Positions 56,001 to 63,329 of a DNA stretch of 64,000 bases are shown here, piece after piece (the stretch's first letter is position 1; each line of letters opens with the position of its first letter). The stretch is from Armatimonadota bacterium (GTDB lineage Bacteria > Armatimonadota > UBA5829 > DTLH01): NCBI GenBank assembly GCA_038207085.1, contig JBBRAE010000001.1, positions 96,001 through 160,000 of the forward strand. Reading direction: 5' to 3'. The notes beneath the pieces are model-generated. The model ran no database searches and was not told the DNA's origin. It saw only the letters and a program-made list of their open reading frames with translations. A program made the translations under genes and the position numbers.

Positions 56001-56577
56001 CAAGGGCGATGGAAAGCTCCAAATCCCAGTGATCCTTGTGTACGGAGGCTCTGCAAGCGCCCCCTGTGCTCCAGATGCGCTCGGATCCTGGAGTACCGTT
56101 ATGGTAAAAGTCGTCAGTAAAGACGCCGCGAGCATTTGCGATGACCTTGTAGAAGCCGTAGCCCTCCTTGGTCGTGTTATCCCGCCCCCGGGTGGCAATC
56201 TGAATCTCCACATGATCGTCCCACAGCACATCTTCACCGTCATTGACTTTACACTGGGCACGTGGCCAAGTGCCAGGGCGTTGCGGCGAACGCATAGCGA
56301 TGTAGAGATACTTGTCGTCATAGCCCATCCACCAACTGACGTCCTGCATCTCCGCGACCAGCGAGTTACCGCCCTGGAAATGTGTCACCATACCGGTGAT
56401 CATCGACGCATTGGCATATTCGTCTGCATTGATGACGCCGTCAATGGTTGGGGCTTGGGCCATTTTGCTGACAACCCACGTCGGATGTTTGTAGTCATTC
56501 GGGGCGGCTGCAACAACGGTACAAGCGCTTGTTATTACAGCCATAAAGATACTTACAAGTGTGATACGAGATAACAT
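53035..56577 (-). CDS. Large secreted putative glycoside hydrolase (CBM9-like N-terminus, DUF6067-like TIM barrel)
   Basis: Signal peptide; APTIDGVI...YDDKYLYIA...WDLELSI (CBM9-like); VLPPYTPL, NGTWWDN, FTGYW pattern. Confidence 0.6.
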   Translation of the reverse strand: MLSRITLVSIFMAVITSACTVVAAAPNDYKHPTWVVSKMAQAPTIDGVINADEYANASMITGMVTHFQGGNSLVAEMQDVSWWMGYDDKYLYIAMRSPQRPGTWPRAQCKVNDGEDVLWDDHVEIQIATRGRDNTTKEGYGFYKVIANARGVFTDDFYHNGTPGSERIWSTGGACRASVHKDHWDLELSIALDAMATKSLDGKSWTIQLVRADHSIGAYYAGWVGTGWTGWDEFGEVVFDPNAPAFRFAKRGKVREGELNLGFEIAPWQTPSPVDLLVRLTDPKGNTIKELVKTAWMKPGSKTSIDVNEKVSLPTDGKNSLYILATMPAVDSQSGAETRRVLYENKMPVSALTPEVYKEFIQPWIERTPQAGEYVWDFGYWPGYGIAKSSIDLDFFGMSDKIRNANAFVVSIYNTKNVKKAVATSRVAIPDTLMASMTFETGKLPVGDYLAKMTLIGADGKTVVATKEQKFLRRTYAWEGNKIGCEDMVLPPYTPLVADTATGTLKSVLRDYKLSADGLFAQVRAGGDGGPEDILASPIRLEAESAGQPVAATDAKSAIVDAKDARIKVASSVNLGGATVEMKNDMEIDGWYDVKMTVKPRESGAYLDRLSLVIPLWKGADTMYIHRFVDGIDAGKNRIPAGDGVVWNSGTLLPMSDNREKWGSFVPIAYCGNGDKGVWWFGEENRDWTMSDKLPAVQYVRTKDGVELRINIFAAHTKLDTEKKIHFALLVDPVKTADGERKWSWFKDDQHSYTAYITGWRRWGRSTDGYWLEDQDCDALNDFMSGKKLQNDRKRIYPGYPVGPRSDSYNSQRADQFQKSIESGKPIVFYGSNSNMSKDLPEFNTYAGEWGNSLPSGKEIPEADRAYNLAGSYAPKYEDEMGEFGCNWVQSQVDCFIWYSNKLLTKTPVNGTWWDNASNFLITEYDPVKKEFYQKWSVFTRREVTKRLNTLQAKAGNRPFWLSNMGAEWSWNQMCWHVENGFYVTGIKDSMLDQFSVDQFRSLFRLRRGIVHQIDERGYSSTGDYSNADLRKRWRVLTGLCLIHDIGWKGDGANLDAARLAGLLDDKVGFFSEKETCPFTGYWRSADMVAIGTSGVYCSVYRGKDRAALVVLNENKNAVDVPFTVNDTLLGRRLKRIYDIETSAELQSIYNQTKRKYELGEYLPGSFGIEGHGLRVFIVE

Positions 56578-56728
56578 TGATTATTCCTCCGATTTCTGTA
56601 GACGCAGTATTTCTCAGTTGATTACCAGCCTATTGCCAAGATGAGCTCTTTGCACAGTTATCACAAAATCCGTTAACAGGCTTACGGGTTGACTATAATG
56701 GATATAGTATCCCAGTAAAGGACAAACC

Positions 56729-57835
56729 GTGATGCGACATACACTGGTTCAAAGTTTCACATACGCGTTGGCGGGCATAGATCAGCAGGCGGCTGATAGC
56801 TATGACAGGCATAGGGGGGAAATACTCAGCAGCGTGAACGCCGCGATTGAGTCCCGAAGCGATATTGAAGCGCTGACCGGCCCCGGGCCCATCGATGTAC
56901 TGCGCACCAACCACGCAAATCACATCGAGTTCATCTCCTCGATCTTTCGGGTCAAGACTGCGCCCGTGCTAGTGGATGTAGTGCTATGGGTTTATCGCAG
57001 TTACATCGAGCGAGGGTTCAGCCCGGATTACTTTCCAATTGAGATTCAGGAGTTCAGAAACGCTATCGCGAAGTATCTGCCTCCCGCGAGCGCAGAACCA
57101 ATTCTGCTGTTCTATGACCTGATGCAGAGAAGCCATGAGGAGTTTCTAAGCCTATCTGAGACCTCTTCTATTTGTACTACTGCCACAACGAAAGCACGCG
57201 ATCAGTTTGACATCTATCTCGGAGCTGTCCTTAGGCCAAGCAGCGCTGAAGCGGTGGCGGTCACCCGTGAGTTTGTTTATACGCCGGAAGACATCCGGTT
57301 TTGGTGGCAGGAGGTTATTCAGCCTGTATTGTATGAGGTAGGCAGGCTTTGGGCTGATGGAGAAGTGAGTGTTGGTCAGGAACATTTGGCGTCCTCGATA
57401 TCACAGCGCGTGATGTCAATATTTTATCCCATTATTCTTGAGATCCCCAAGGACAAAGGGACGATCGTTTTTGCAGCCTCCCCTGGAGAATTGCATGATA
57501 TCGGACCGAGGATGATGTCCGATTTTCTTGAAATCTGGGGGTGGAATGTCTACTATACAGGCGCAGATACGCCTGCGGACAGCGTGGTCGACGTGATTGG
57601 CCGCACAGGAGCGCGCTTTCTTTGTGTTTCCACTACTGTGCCATTCAATCTCTTAAACACTAAGCGGCTGGTGCAGACCGTGAGAGAAAGCTACGGCGAC
57701 AGCGTAGGGATCCTGGTAGGCGGACAGGCCTACTGTATAGATCCTGAACTGTGGAAACAGATCGGCGCCGATGCATATGCCCAGACAATAGAAGACGCAG
57801 CCAGCTTCCTCGAATCATGGCAGGCAAACGAGTAA
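56729..57835 (+). CDS. Cobalamin-binding protein (CarH-type four-helix bundle plus Rossmann domain) with N-terminal globin-like helical domain
   Basis: W-x9-EH (WADGEVSVGQEH), GELHDIG, GADTP, VSTT, LVGGQA; no HTH. Confidence 0.85.
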   Translation: MMRHTLVQSFTYALAGIDQQAADSYDRHRGEILSSVNAAIESRSDIEALTGPGPIDVLRTNHANHIEFISSIFRVKTAPVLVDVVLWVYRSYIERGFSPDYFPIEIQEFRNAIAKYLPPASAEPILLFYDLMQRSHEEFLSLSETSSICTTATTKARDQFDIYLGAVLRPSSAEAVAVTREFVYTPEDIRFWWQEVIQPVLYEVGRLWADGEVSVGQEHLASSISQRVMSIFYPIILEIPKDKGTIVFAASPGELHDIGPRMMSDFLEIWGWNVYYTGADTPADSVVDVIGRTGARFLCVSTTVPFNLLNTKRLVQTVRESYGDSVGILVGGQAYCIDPELWKQIGADAYAQTIEDAASFLESWQANE

Positions 57836-57866
57836 TCACGGCAGCTGATCTCACCGGACAAATCGA

Positions 57867-57910
57867 CTAACAGAGCATTATTCACGCTACTCGTGAATAA
57901 TGCGGGGTAG
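57867..57910 (+). mobile_element. Right half of the 73-bp MITE-like element (copy 4)
   Basis: CTAACAGAGCATTATTCACGCTACTCGTGAATAATGCGGG|GTAG; starts at the central CTAA of the element. Confidence 0.8.
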
Positions 57911-58091
57911 TATTGTGCTCCGTAAGGAAAGAATACATCACTCATAACGTATGACTTTCACGTGGCGACATACATCAATTCTGTAGTGATGGCGGATATT
58001 CGGCACGGTGATATCGGAGGATATTTGGCTCAATGTGGTGAAGCAGTCAAGGATATCGATAGGATTCGATACTGAGACAGGAGGGTGTACG

Positions 58092-60131
58092 TTGATACGA
58101 AGAAAGTTTTTCACCACAGCATTCACCATCGGGCTGTTGGCCGTTGGGATTGCCTGCTCGGCACGCTTGGATGTGAAGCGTGACATCTGGCAGCTCGCTC
58201 CGCAGGAATCGGTGCTTGTCGCCGGTTTTGACTGGCGGCCCGAGAACTCCAGCGTTCGCGTTCTCAAGAGTGCTCAAACTCCCGAGGCGCAAGATATGCT
58301 CGCCAGACAGCAAGTCGCTATGCGCAAGGCCTACGAGAACCTCGCCACGCTTTTCGGAATATCACTCGATTTCGCAAAGGACATCGGGAGCTGGGCCGGA
58401 CAGGAGTCTGCGTTTGTACTCGTCCCTGATGGTAAACAGGGTGTTCAGCCGGTATTAATGATCGCCAGCAACGATGCCGCATCGGCTGATTTGGCGCTCA
58501 ACAAGATACTTGAGCCTTGGCAGAGGCTCGGCGATGTAACTCTTGTGGCCGACAAAGACTTTTCTATCAGATCGTTCAAGGCCGCCGACAAGAGCATGGA
58601 AGTATACGCAGCAGTATCGGGATCGCTCGTCGCTGTCTCGCCGTCGAAGTCTGCCCTTGCGCTATCTCTTCACGGCACAGGCTTCGCCGAAGGCACACCT
58701 GGTTACAAGGCCTTTAAATCCCTTGAAGGATCTATGTTCTATCTCTATGCTGACCCCTCGATGGCAGAGAAGATGGGAACAAATGCCACCAACATTCCTT
58801 TGACCGGACTTGGAGTTGGGCTTACCGTAGTTGACGCCGGAGTGAAGCTAAAGGCGCTGGGGTTCGTCGCTCCTGACCAGGCCGCACTTGCCAAAATGGC
58901 ACTCTCCGGTCAGCAGCAAGGGAGCCTTTCGGTGAACCCGGGAATTCCGTCCACTACTCTGGTGGCTGCATCGCTTCCACAGATCTCAGGGCTCTCCGGA
59001 ATGGCGGGAATGTTCGGCATGGGCGACAGCCCGATTTTCGACACGGTGCTCGCACTCAGCGACACCCAGATGTCTGTCGCGATGACCGCCGCGCTACCCG
59101 TGCCCGGTGGTGTCGCCACCGCGATGGCGGAGTCCGATCAGGCCGCGGGCGAGAAAGTCGGCAAGATCGTCGCTAATCTGCGAAAGATGAAAGTACCTGT
59201 GACTGAAGCAAAAGCAGTATCGGGCCAGAAGACATATCAGTTCACCATCCCGAAAGGGCCTAAGGTGACGCTCACGCAAATTGGCAAGCACGTCGTCGTC
59301 GCAACCGACCCGCAATCGTTGACTTCTGCTGCAGTGACAATCAACGGAGCTCAGGCGGGCGTCGCTGATTCTCTTACCTATAAAGAGACAATCGCCAACC
59401 TCGACAACAGCAATCTTGTGACAATCTACGCGAACCTGGCGCCACTTCGAGGTCTGGGGTACTTGACTGATGGTATCGGCCTCGGGCTTATTGAACCCAT
59501 CTACGGAGCTCTCGCAAAAAGCCTGCAGAAAGTGCAGGCTCTCGGAATCGGCGCTGGATTTGACGGTGATGCAGTTCACGCGACCGTGTTTCTCAGAGCG
59601 AACCCTGAGATCGGAACAGATATTGCACCCGTAGCACTTACATCCGCGATCATCGGCAGTGCTGTGCTCTTCCCGGTTTTCAGTCAGGTTCGTGACCAGG
59701 CAAGCAAGGCCTCCTGCGTGTATAATCTGCAGGAACTTGCCAAAGCCGCAATGCTTTATCAATCCGATTTCGAAAAACTGCCCGTTCGCACGAAGTGGCA
59801 GTCGCAGCTTGAGGAGTACATTCAAGGCGAAGTGAAATGCGCGCAGGGCGACGTGGTCTATGCGTTCAACAAGAACCTTAGCGGCTTGGATATTGACAAG
59901 ATCAAGAATCCGTCACAAGTCGTGATGTTCTTTGAGGCCTCACCCGGGCTCCCGAACGCTTCTGGAAGCAGGGCTGATGCACTTCTGCCCCACAATGGAC
60001 AGGGCGCATTCGCCTATGTGGACGGTCACGTGGAGCAGCAATGGGAAGTCCCCAGCCAGTATCACTGGGTTCCAAAATACGCCCAGCCCAAAGCCGCAAC
60101 AAAGAAGACACCGGTCAAGAGCCGACGATAG
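58092..60131 (+). CDS. DUF3352-like exported protein fused to a C-terminal pilin-like (DUF1559 / H-X9-DG) module
   Basis: SLDFAKDIGSWAGQE (DUF3352-like); SAVLFPVFSQVRDQASKASCVYNLQEL and HNGQGAFAYVDGHV; TTG 58092 after AGGAGG. Confidence 0.72.
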   Translation: MIRRKFFTTAFTIGLLAVGIACSARLDVKRDIWQLAPQESVLVAGFDWRPENSSVRVLKSAQTPEAQDMLARQQVAMRKAYENLATLFGISLDFAKDIGSWAGQESAFVLVPDGKQGVQPVLMIASNDAASADLALNKILEPWQRLGDVTLVADKDFSIRSFKAADKSMEVYAAVSGSLVAVSPSKSALALSLHGTGFAEGTPGYKAFKSLEGSMFYLYADPSMAEKMGTNATNIPLTGLGVGLTVVDAGVKLKALGFVAPDQAALAKMALSGQQQGSLSVNPGIPSTTLVAASLPQISGLSGMAGMFGMGDSPIFDTVLALSDTQMSVAMTAALPVPGGVATAMAESDQAAGEKVGKIVANLRKMKVPVTEAKAVSGQKTYQFTIPKGPKVTLTQIGKHVVVATDPQSLTSAAVTINGAQAGVADSLTYKETIANLDNSNLVTIYANLAPLRGLGYLTDGIGLGLIEPIYGALAKSLQKVQALGIGAGFDGDAVHATVFLRANPEIGTDIAPVALTSAIIGSAVLFPVFSQVRDQASKASCVYNLQELAKAAMLYQSDFEKLPVRTKWQSQLEEYIQGEVKCAQGDVVYAFNKNLSGLDIDKIKNPSQVVMFFEASPGLPNASGSRADALLPHNGQGAFAYVDGHVEQQWEVPSQYHWVPKYAQPKAATKKTPVKSRR

Positions 60132-60138
60132 AACTTCA

Positions 60139-60171
60139 GCAGGGCGACGACTTTACAAGTTGTCGCCCTGC
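60139..60171. terminator. Hairpin between convergent genes
   Basis: GCAGGGCGACGACTT-TAC-AAGTTGTCGCCCTGC. Confidence 0.65.
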
Positions 60172-60175
60172 AATC

Positions 60176-61072
60176 TCAACGCACGCAATCGATCAAGCGC
60201 CCGTAATTCTCCTCTACCCGACTGACAACCGCCGCGCAGGTGTTCGCATCCCTAATGTGGGTTTCATAGATAAGCGGACCTGCATAACCGACTTCCACTA
60301 ACGCCCCAAGCACCGCAGTCCAGTCCAGAGTCCCCTCAAAAGGCAGCCAGTGGCGCTCCTGCCCGTCCTGATCGCTTATGTGGACGCTTCTTATCAACTT
60401 CCCCGCACGTCTAATGAGGCTCGGCACGTCTTCTGGTGGGAACAGGTGATTCACATCGAAGTTGATCCCGACGTTTGGCAAGTCCACCATCGACACGATC
60501 TCCAGAACCTCGTCAAGCGAGTTTCCCGGCTCTTGTTTGGGCAGTGGCTCGACCGCGATCGCCACTCCAAGCTCACCTGCAAGCGCGGTAACCTGCCCTA
60601 TTGTCTCTGCCGATATCTTCAGGCGCTCTTTCTTTGAAACGCTATACTCGACGTTTGCGCCGGGATGGGCGACGACCACACCCGCGCCGATTCGAGCCGC
60701 AGTTCGCACCGCGTCTGTATACGCCGAAACGGCCCCTTGCCGGGCTTCATCGTCTGGCGCAGAAGGGTCGATATACTTCCCATAGGGCGCATGCACGGAC
60801 CAGAGTTCAACCCGAGGGTTGTTCGCAACGATCTCAATGATCGATTCGCTCTCCCAAGCGCATGAATGATAGCACTCCATCGATGATATCGAGCTTGCGT
60901 TGACCTCGGACATCATCTCTCGCATAAACTCACCCATCATAGCATTCTGAGGAGCGTCGAGCTTACTGGGCCGTCCGTGGATGGAGTTTCTGTAAGCCGC
61001 AATGAGGACTTCTTCTGGCATCGCGTAGATAAAGGCGCTCCCGGATATGCCGAGGCGCAACGGGTTATTCAA
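60176..61072 (-). CDS. Sugar phosphate isomerase/epimerase (AP endonuclease 2 TIM barrel)
   Basis: SVHAPY, VAHPG, AVEP, FDVNH, VHISDQDG, HWLPFEG, IYE. Confidence 0.85.
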   Translation of the reverse strand: MNNPLRLGISGSAFIYAMPEEVLIAAYRNSIHGRPSKLDAPQNAMMGEFMREMMSEVNASSISSMECYHSCAWESESIIEIVANNPRVELWSVHAPYGKYIDPSAPDDEARQGAVSAYTDAVRTAARIGAGVVVAHPGANVEYSVSKKERLKISAETIGQVTALAGELGVAIAVEPLPKQEPGNSLDEVLEIVSMVDLPNVGINFDVNHLFPPEDVPSLIRRAGKLIRSVHISDQDGQERHWLPFEGTLDWTAVLGALVEVGYAGPLIYETHIRDANTCAAVVSRVEENYGRLIDCVR

Positions 61073-61073
61073 A

Positions 61074-61910
61074 TCACTTTTCCTTTCGGTTTGGGGATCG
61101 CAGAACAAACACAGAGATCTCCGGGCGCGAGTGAAACCTGATGTGAAACGGGTTCACAATGCCTATTCCACGGTTCACATACATATTCGCCTGCCCAACC
61201 TTGAACCATCCCTTCACATACCTGCACCCGAGCAGTCCAGGGAGCATGGATCGTGGGATCGGCGGAAGATCGACCTCCCCACCGTGCGTGTGGCCAGTGA
61301 GCGCAAGGCACTTCTTACCGGCAAACAACCTCGCAGCAACGGGAGTGTGCGACAACAATACCTGTGCGGCGCTTTCGTCGACACCCGACCACGCGAGGCC
61401 TACATCTGGGTGCCCCGCCCACGCGTCGTCGATGCCGATCAGATAGAGCCCACCCGCGATGCGGCGATTGTCGTTAGTCAGAAGCACGATCCCCTCACGC
61501 CGAAGAGCACGCTTTACGCCGTCGACTCCATGCCAGTAGTCGTGGTTGCCAAGCACTGCGTAGGTGCCGCGCTTGGCGTTGATCATCGATAATATTCTGG
61601 CGCACCCCGGTGCGTTCGCCGAAGAGCCGCTCACAAAGTCACCGGTTATTACGGCTATGTCTGGGCTCTCGCGGTTTGTGATCCCAACGGCTCTTTTGAT
61701 CAAATAGTCTCGCCCCGAGCCATTGCGGTGAATGTCGCTTAGTTGAACGATCTTGAGTCCGTCCAGGCTCTTTGGAAGACCCGCCGCAGTCACCTCATAG
61801 TGGGTTACTTGAAACCAGCGAGGTTCGATGTACCTCGCGTAGAGTGCAGCGGCTACTAACAAAATGATGATCGTAAGGAATATACTTCGTACGCGCGGTA
61901 GTTTCGGCAA
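61074..61910 (-). CDS. Membrane-anchored metallophosphoesterase (YkuE-like)
   Basis: LSDIH, TGDFV, LGNHD, LSHTP, GHTHGG, VNRGIG. Confidence 0.9.
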   Translation of the reverse strand: MPKLPRVRSIFLTIIILLVAAALYARYIEPRWFQVTHYEVTAAGLPKSLDGLKIVQLSDIHRNGSGRDYLIKRAVGITNRESPDIAVITGDFVSGSSANAPGCARILSMINAKRGTYAVLGNHDYWHGVDGVKRALRREGIVLLTNDNRRIAGGLYLIGIDDAWAGHPDVGLAWSGVDESAAQVLLSHTPVAARLFAGKKCLALTGHTHGGEVDLPPIPRSMLPGLLGCRYVKGWFKVGQANMYVNRGIGIVNPFHIRFHSRPEISVFVLRSPNRKEK

Positions 61911-62098
61911 GAGTGGACCCTCCTCGGGGATTATATCAGAAATTGCAGTGACAAAGAAGCCCGCCCGCTATTTATACTGATTTCTACCCCAGTAAAGTTT
62001 CCTGCTTATGATACCGACAATAGTAACAGTCAAAGCAGGCAGATATGCCGGACATGGCGATCCGTGCACAGTGTATTGTGAACACAAGGAGGCAGTCG

Positions 62099-63193
62099 AT
62101 GCAAGCTGTAGTTTTAGCAGGAGGCCGAGGGACAAGACTTCAACCGCTCTCAATGAGCACGCCTAAGCCTATGCTCCCGCTTTTTAGTAAACCTGTGGTG
62201 GAGCACAGCATTGAGCTCTTGCGCAAGCACGGCATCGATGAGATCATTCTCGCCATCTCTGCCGACACCCGAGAGATTATCGAGCACTTCGGTGATGGCA
62301 AGGAATGGGGAGTGCGTATCCGATACTCCATCGAAACAGAGCCCCAAGGCACGGCGGGAGCTGTGAAGCTTCTTCAGCCCCATATTACAGATACTTTTCT
62401 CGTAGTTTCCGGCGACACGATAACAGATTTTGACCTGACAGCGGCGATAGACTTCCACCGCACGAGATCGGCATTAGCGACGATTCTCATCCACGAGATG
62501 GACGACCCGTCCGACTACGGAATCGTGCAGCACGAGTCCGACGGCCGCATTACTCGGCTTCACGAAAAGCCCAAGGAATCGGAGATCTTCTCAACAAAGA
62601 TCAACACGGGAATATACGTGCTTGAGCCTGAAGCATTGAGCAGCATCCCCTACTTCACCGCCTACGACTTCTCCCGGGACTTGATCCCGAGGATGCTCAG
62701 AAACCAGGAACCGGTCTACGGATGCCAACTACCGGGTTATTGGTGTGACGTGGGAAGTACTCTTCGTTATAGAAACGCTCATTTCGACGCGCTAACAGGC
62801 AAAGCGCACATCGATATTGAAGGAACTCAGGTTGAGCCAGGGGTATGGATCGGCGACGAGGCGGAGATTCATTCCACAGCAGAGCTTGTCGGCCCAGTAT
62901 TTCTCGGCACCGGCGCGGAGCTTCGCAAGAACAGCGTGCTTCGTCCCTTTGCAGTCGTTGGAGAAAACAGCCTGGTCGATGAGGCGGCGACAGTATCGCG
63001 CAGCATTATCGGGAACGGGGCGCTCATTGGTAAAGGGTCGAAGATTACCGACTGTGTGATCGGAGACGGATATCACGTGCGCGATCAGAAATCAGTCGCA
63101 AATCAGATGATCCATCAAAACGAGGACGCTGAACTGGTGATAGTTAGCCTGCAACCCGCGTCCAAAGAGTTCTCCGAGAAGAGTTACGCCTGA
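62099..63193 (+). CDS. NDP-sugar synthase (mannose-1-phosphate guanylyltransferase family) with hexapeptide C-terminus
   Basis: LAGGRGTRLQPL, PKPMLP, GTAGAV, VSGD, INTGIY, GYWCDVG; ATG 62099 after AAGGAGG. Confidence 0.9.
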   Translation: MQAVVLAGGRGTRLQPLSMSTPKPMLPLFSKPVVEHSIELLRKHGIDEIILAISADTREIIEHFGDGKEWGVRIRYSIETEPQGTAGAVKLLQPHITDTFLVVSGDTITDFDLTAAIDFHRTRSALATILIHEMDDPSDYGIVQHESDGRITRLHEKPKESEIFSTKINTGIYVLEPEALSSIPYFTAYDFSRDLIPRMLRNQEPVYGCQLPGYWCDVGSTLRYRNAHFDALTGKAHIDIEGTQVEPGVWIGDEAEIHSTAELVGPVFLGTGAELRKNSVLRPFAVVGENSLVDEAATVSRSIIGNGALIGKGSKITDCVIGDGYHVRDQKSVANQMIHQNEDAELVIVSLQPASKEFSEKSYA

Positions 63194-63248
63194 AAATAAT
63201 TGCAGGGTGGGCTGAGGGGTCCACTCTGCAGTCTCTAGCTCAAAACCA

Positions 63249-63329
63249 CTAGCCCACTTTATTCGCTTCACGAATAAAGCTCTCGCTAACAAAGCATTAT
63301 TCACGTTCCTCGTGAATAATGCAGGCTAG
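63249..63329 (+). mobile_element. 73-bp MITE-like element, copy 5, with CTAG/CTAG flanks and inverted left-hairpin loop; the right flank contains the stop of the downstream minus-strand gene
   Basis: CTAG|CCCACTTTATTCGCTTCACGAATAAAGC...AATAATGCAGG|CTAG. Confidence 0.85.

Noticed and set aside
3007..63329. The 73-bp repeat as a CRISPR array or ncRNA gene
   Set aside because: Copies are dispersed singly, kilobases apart, with no spacers or cas genes. Target-site duplications point to a mobile element.
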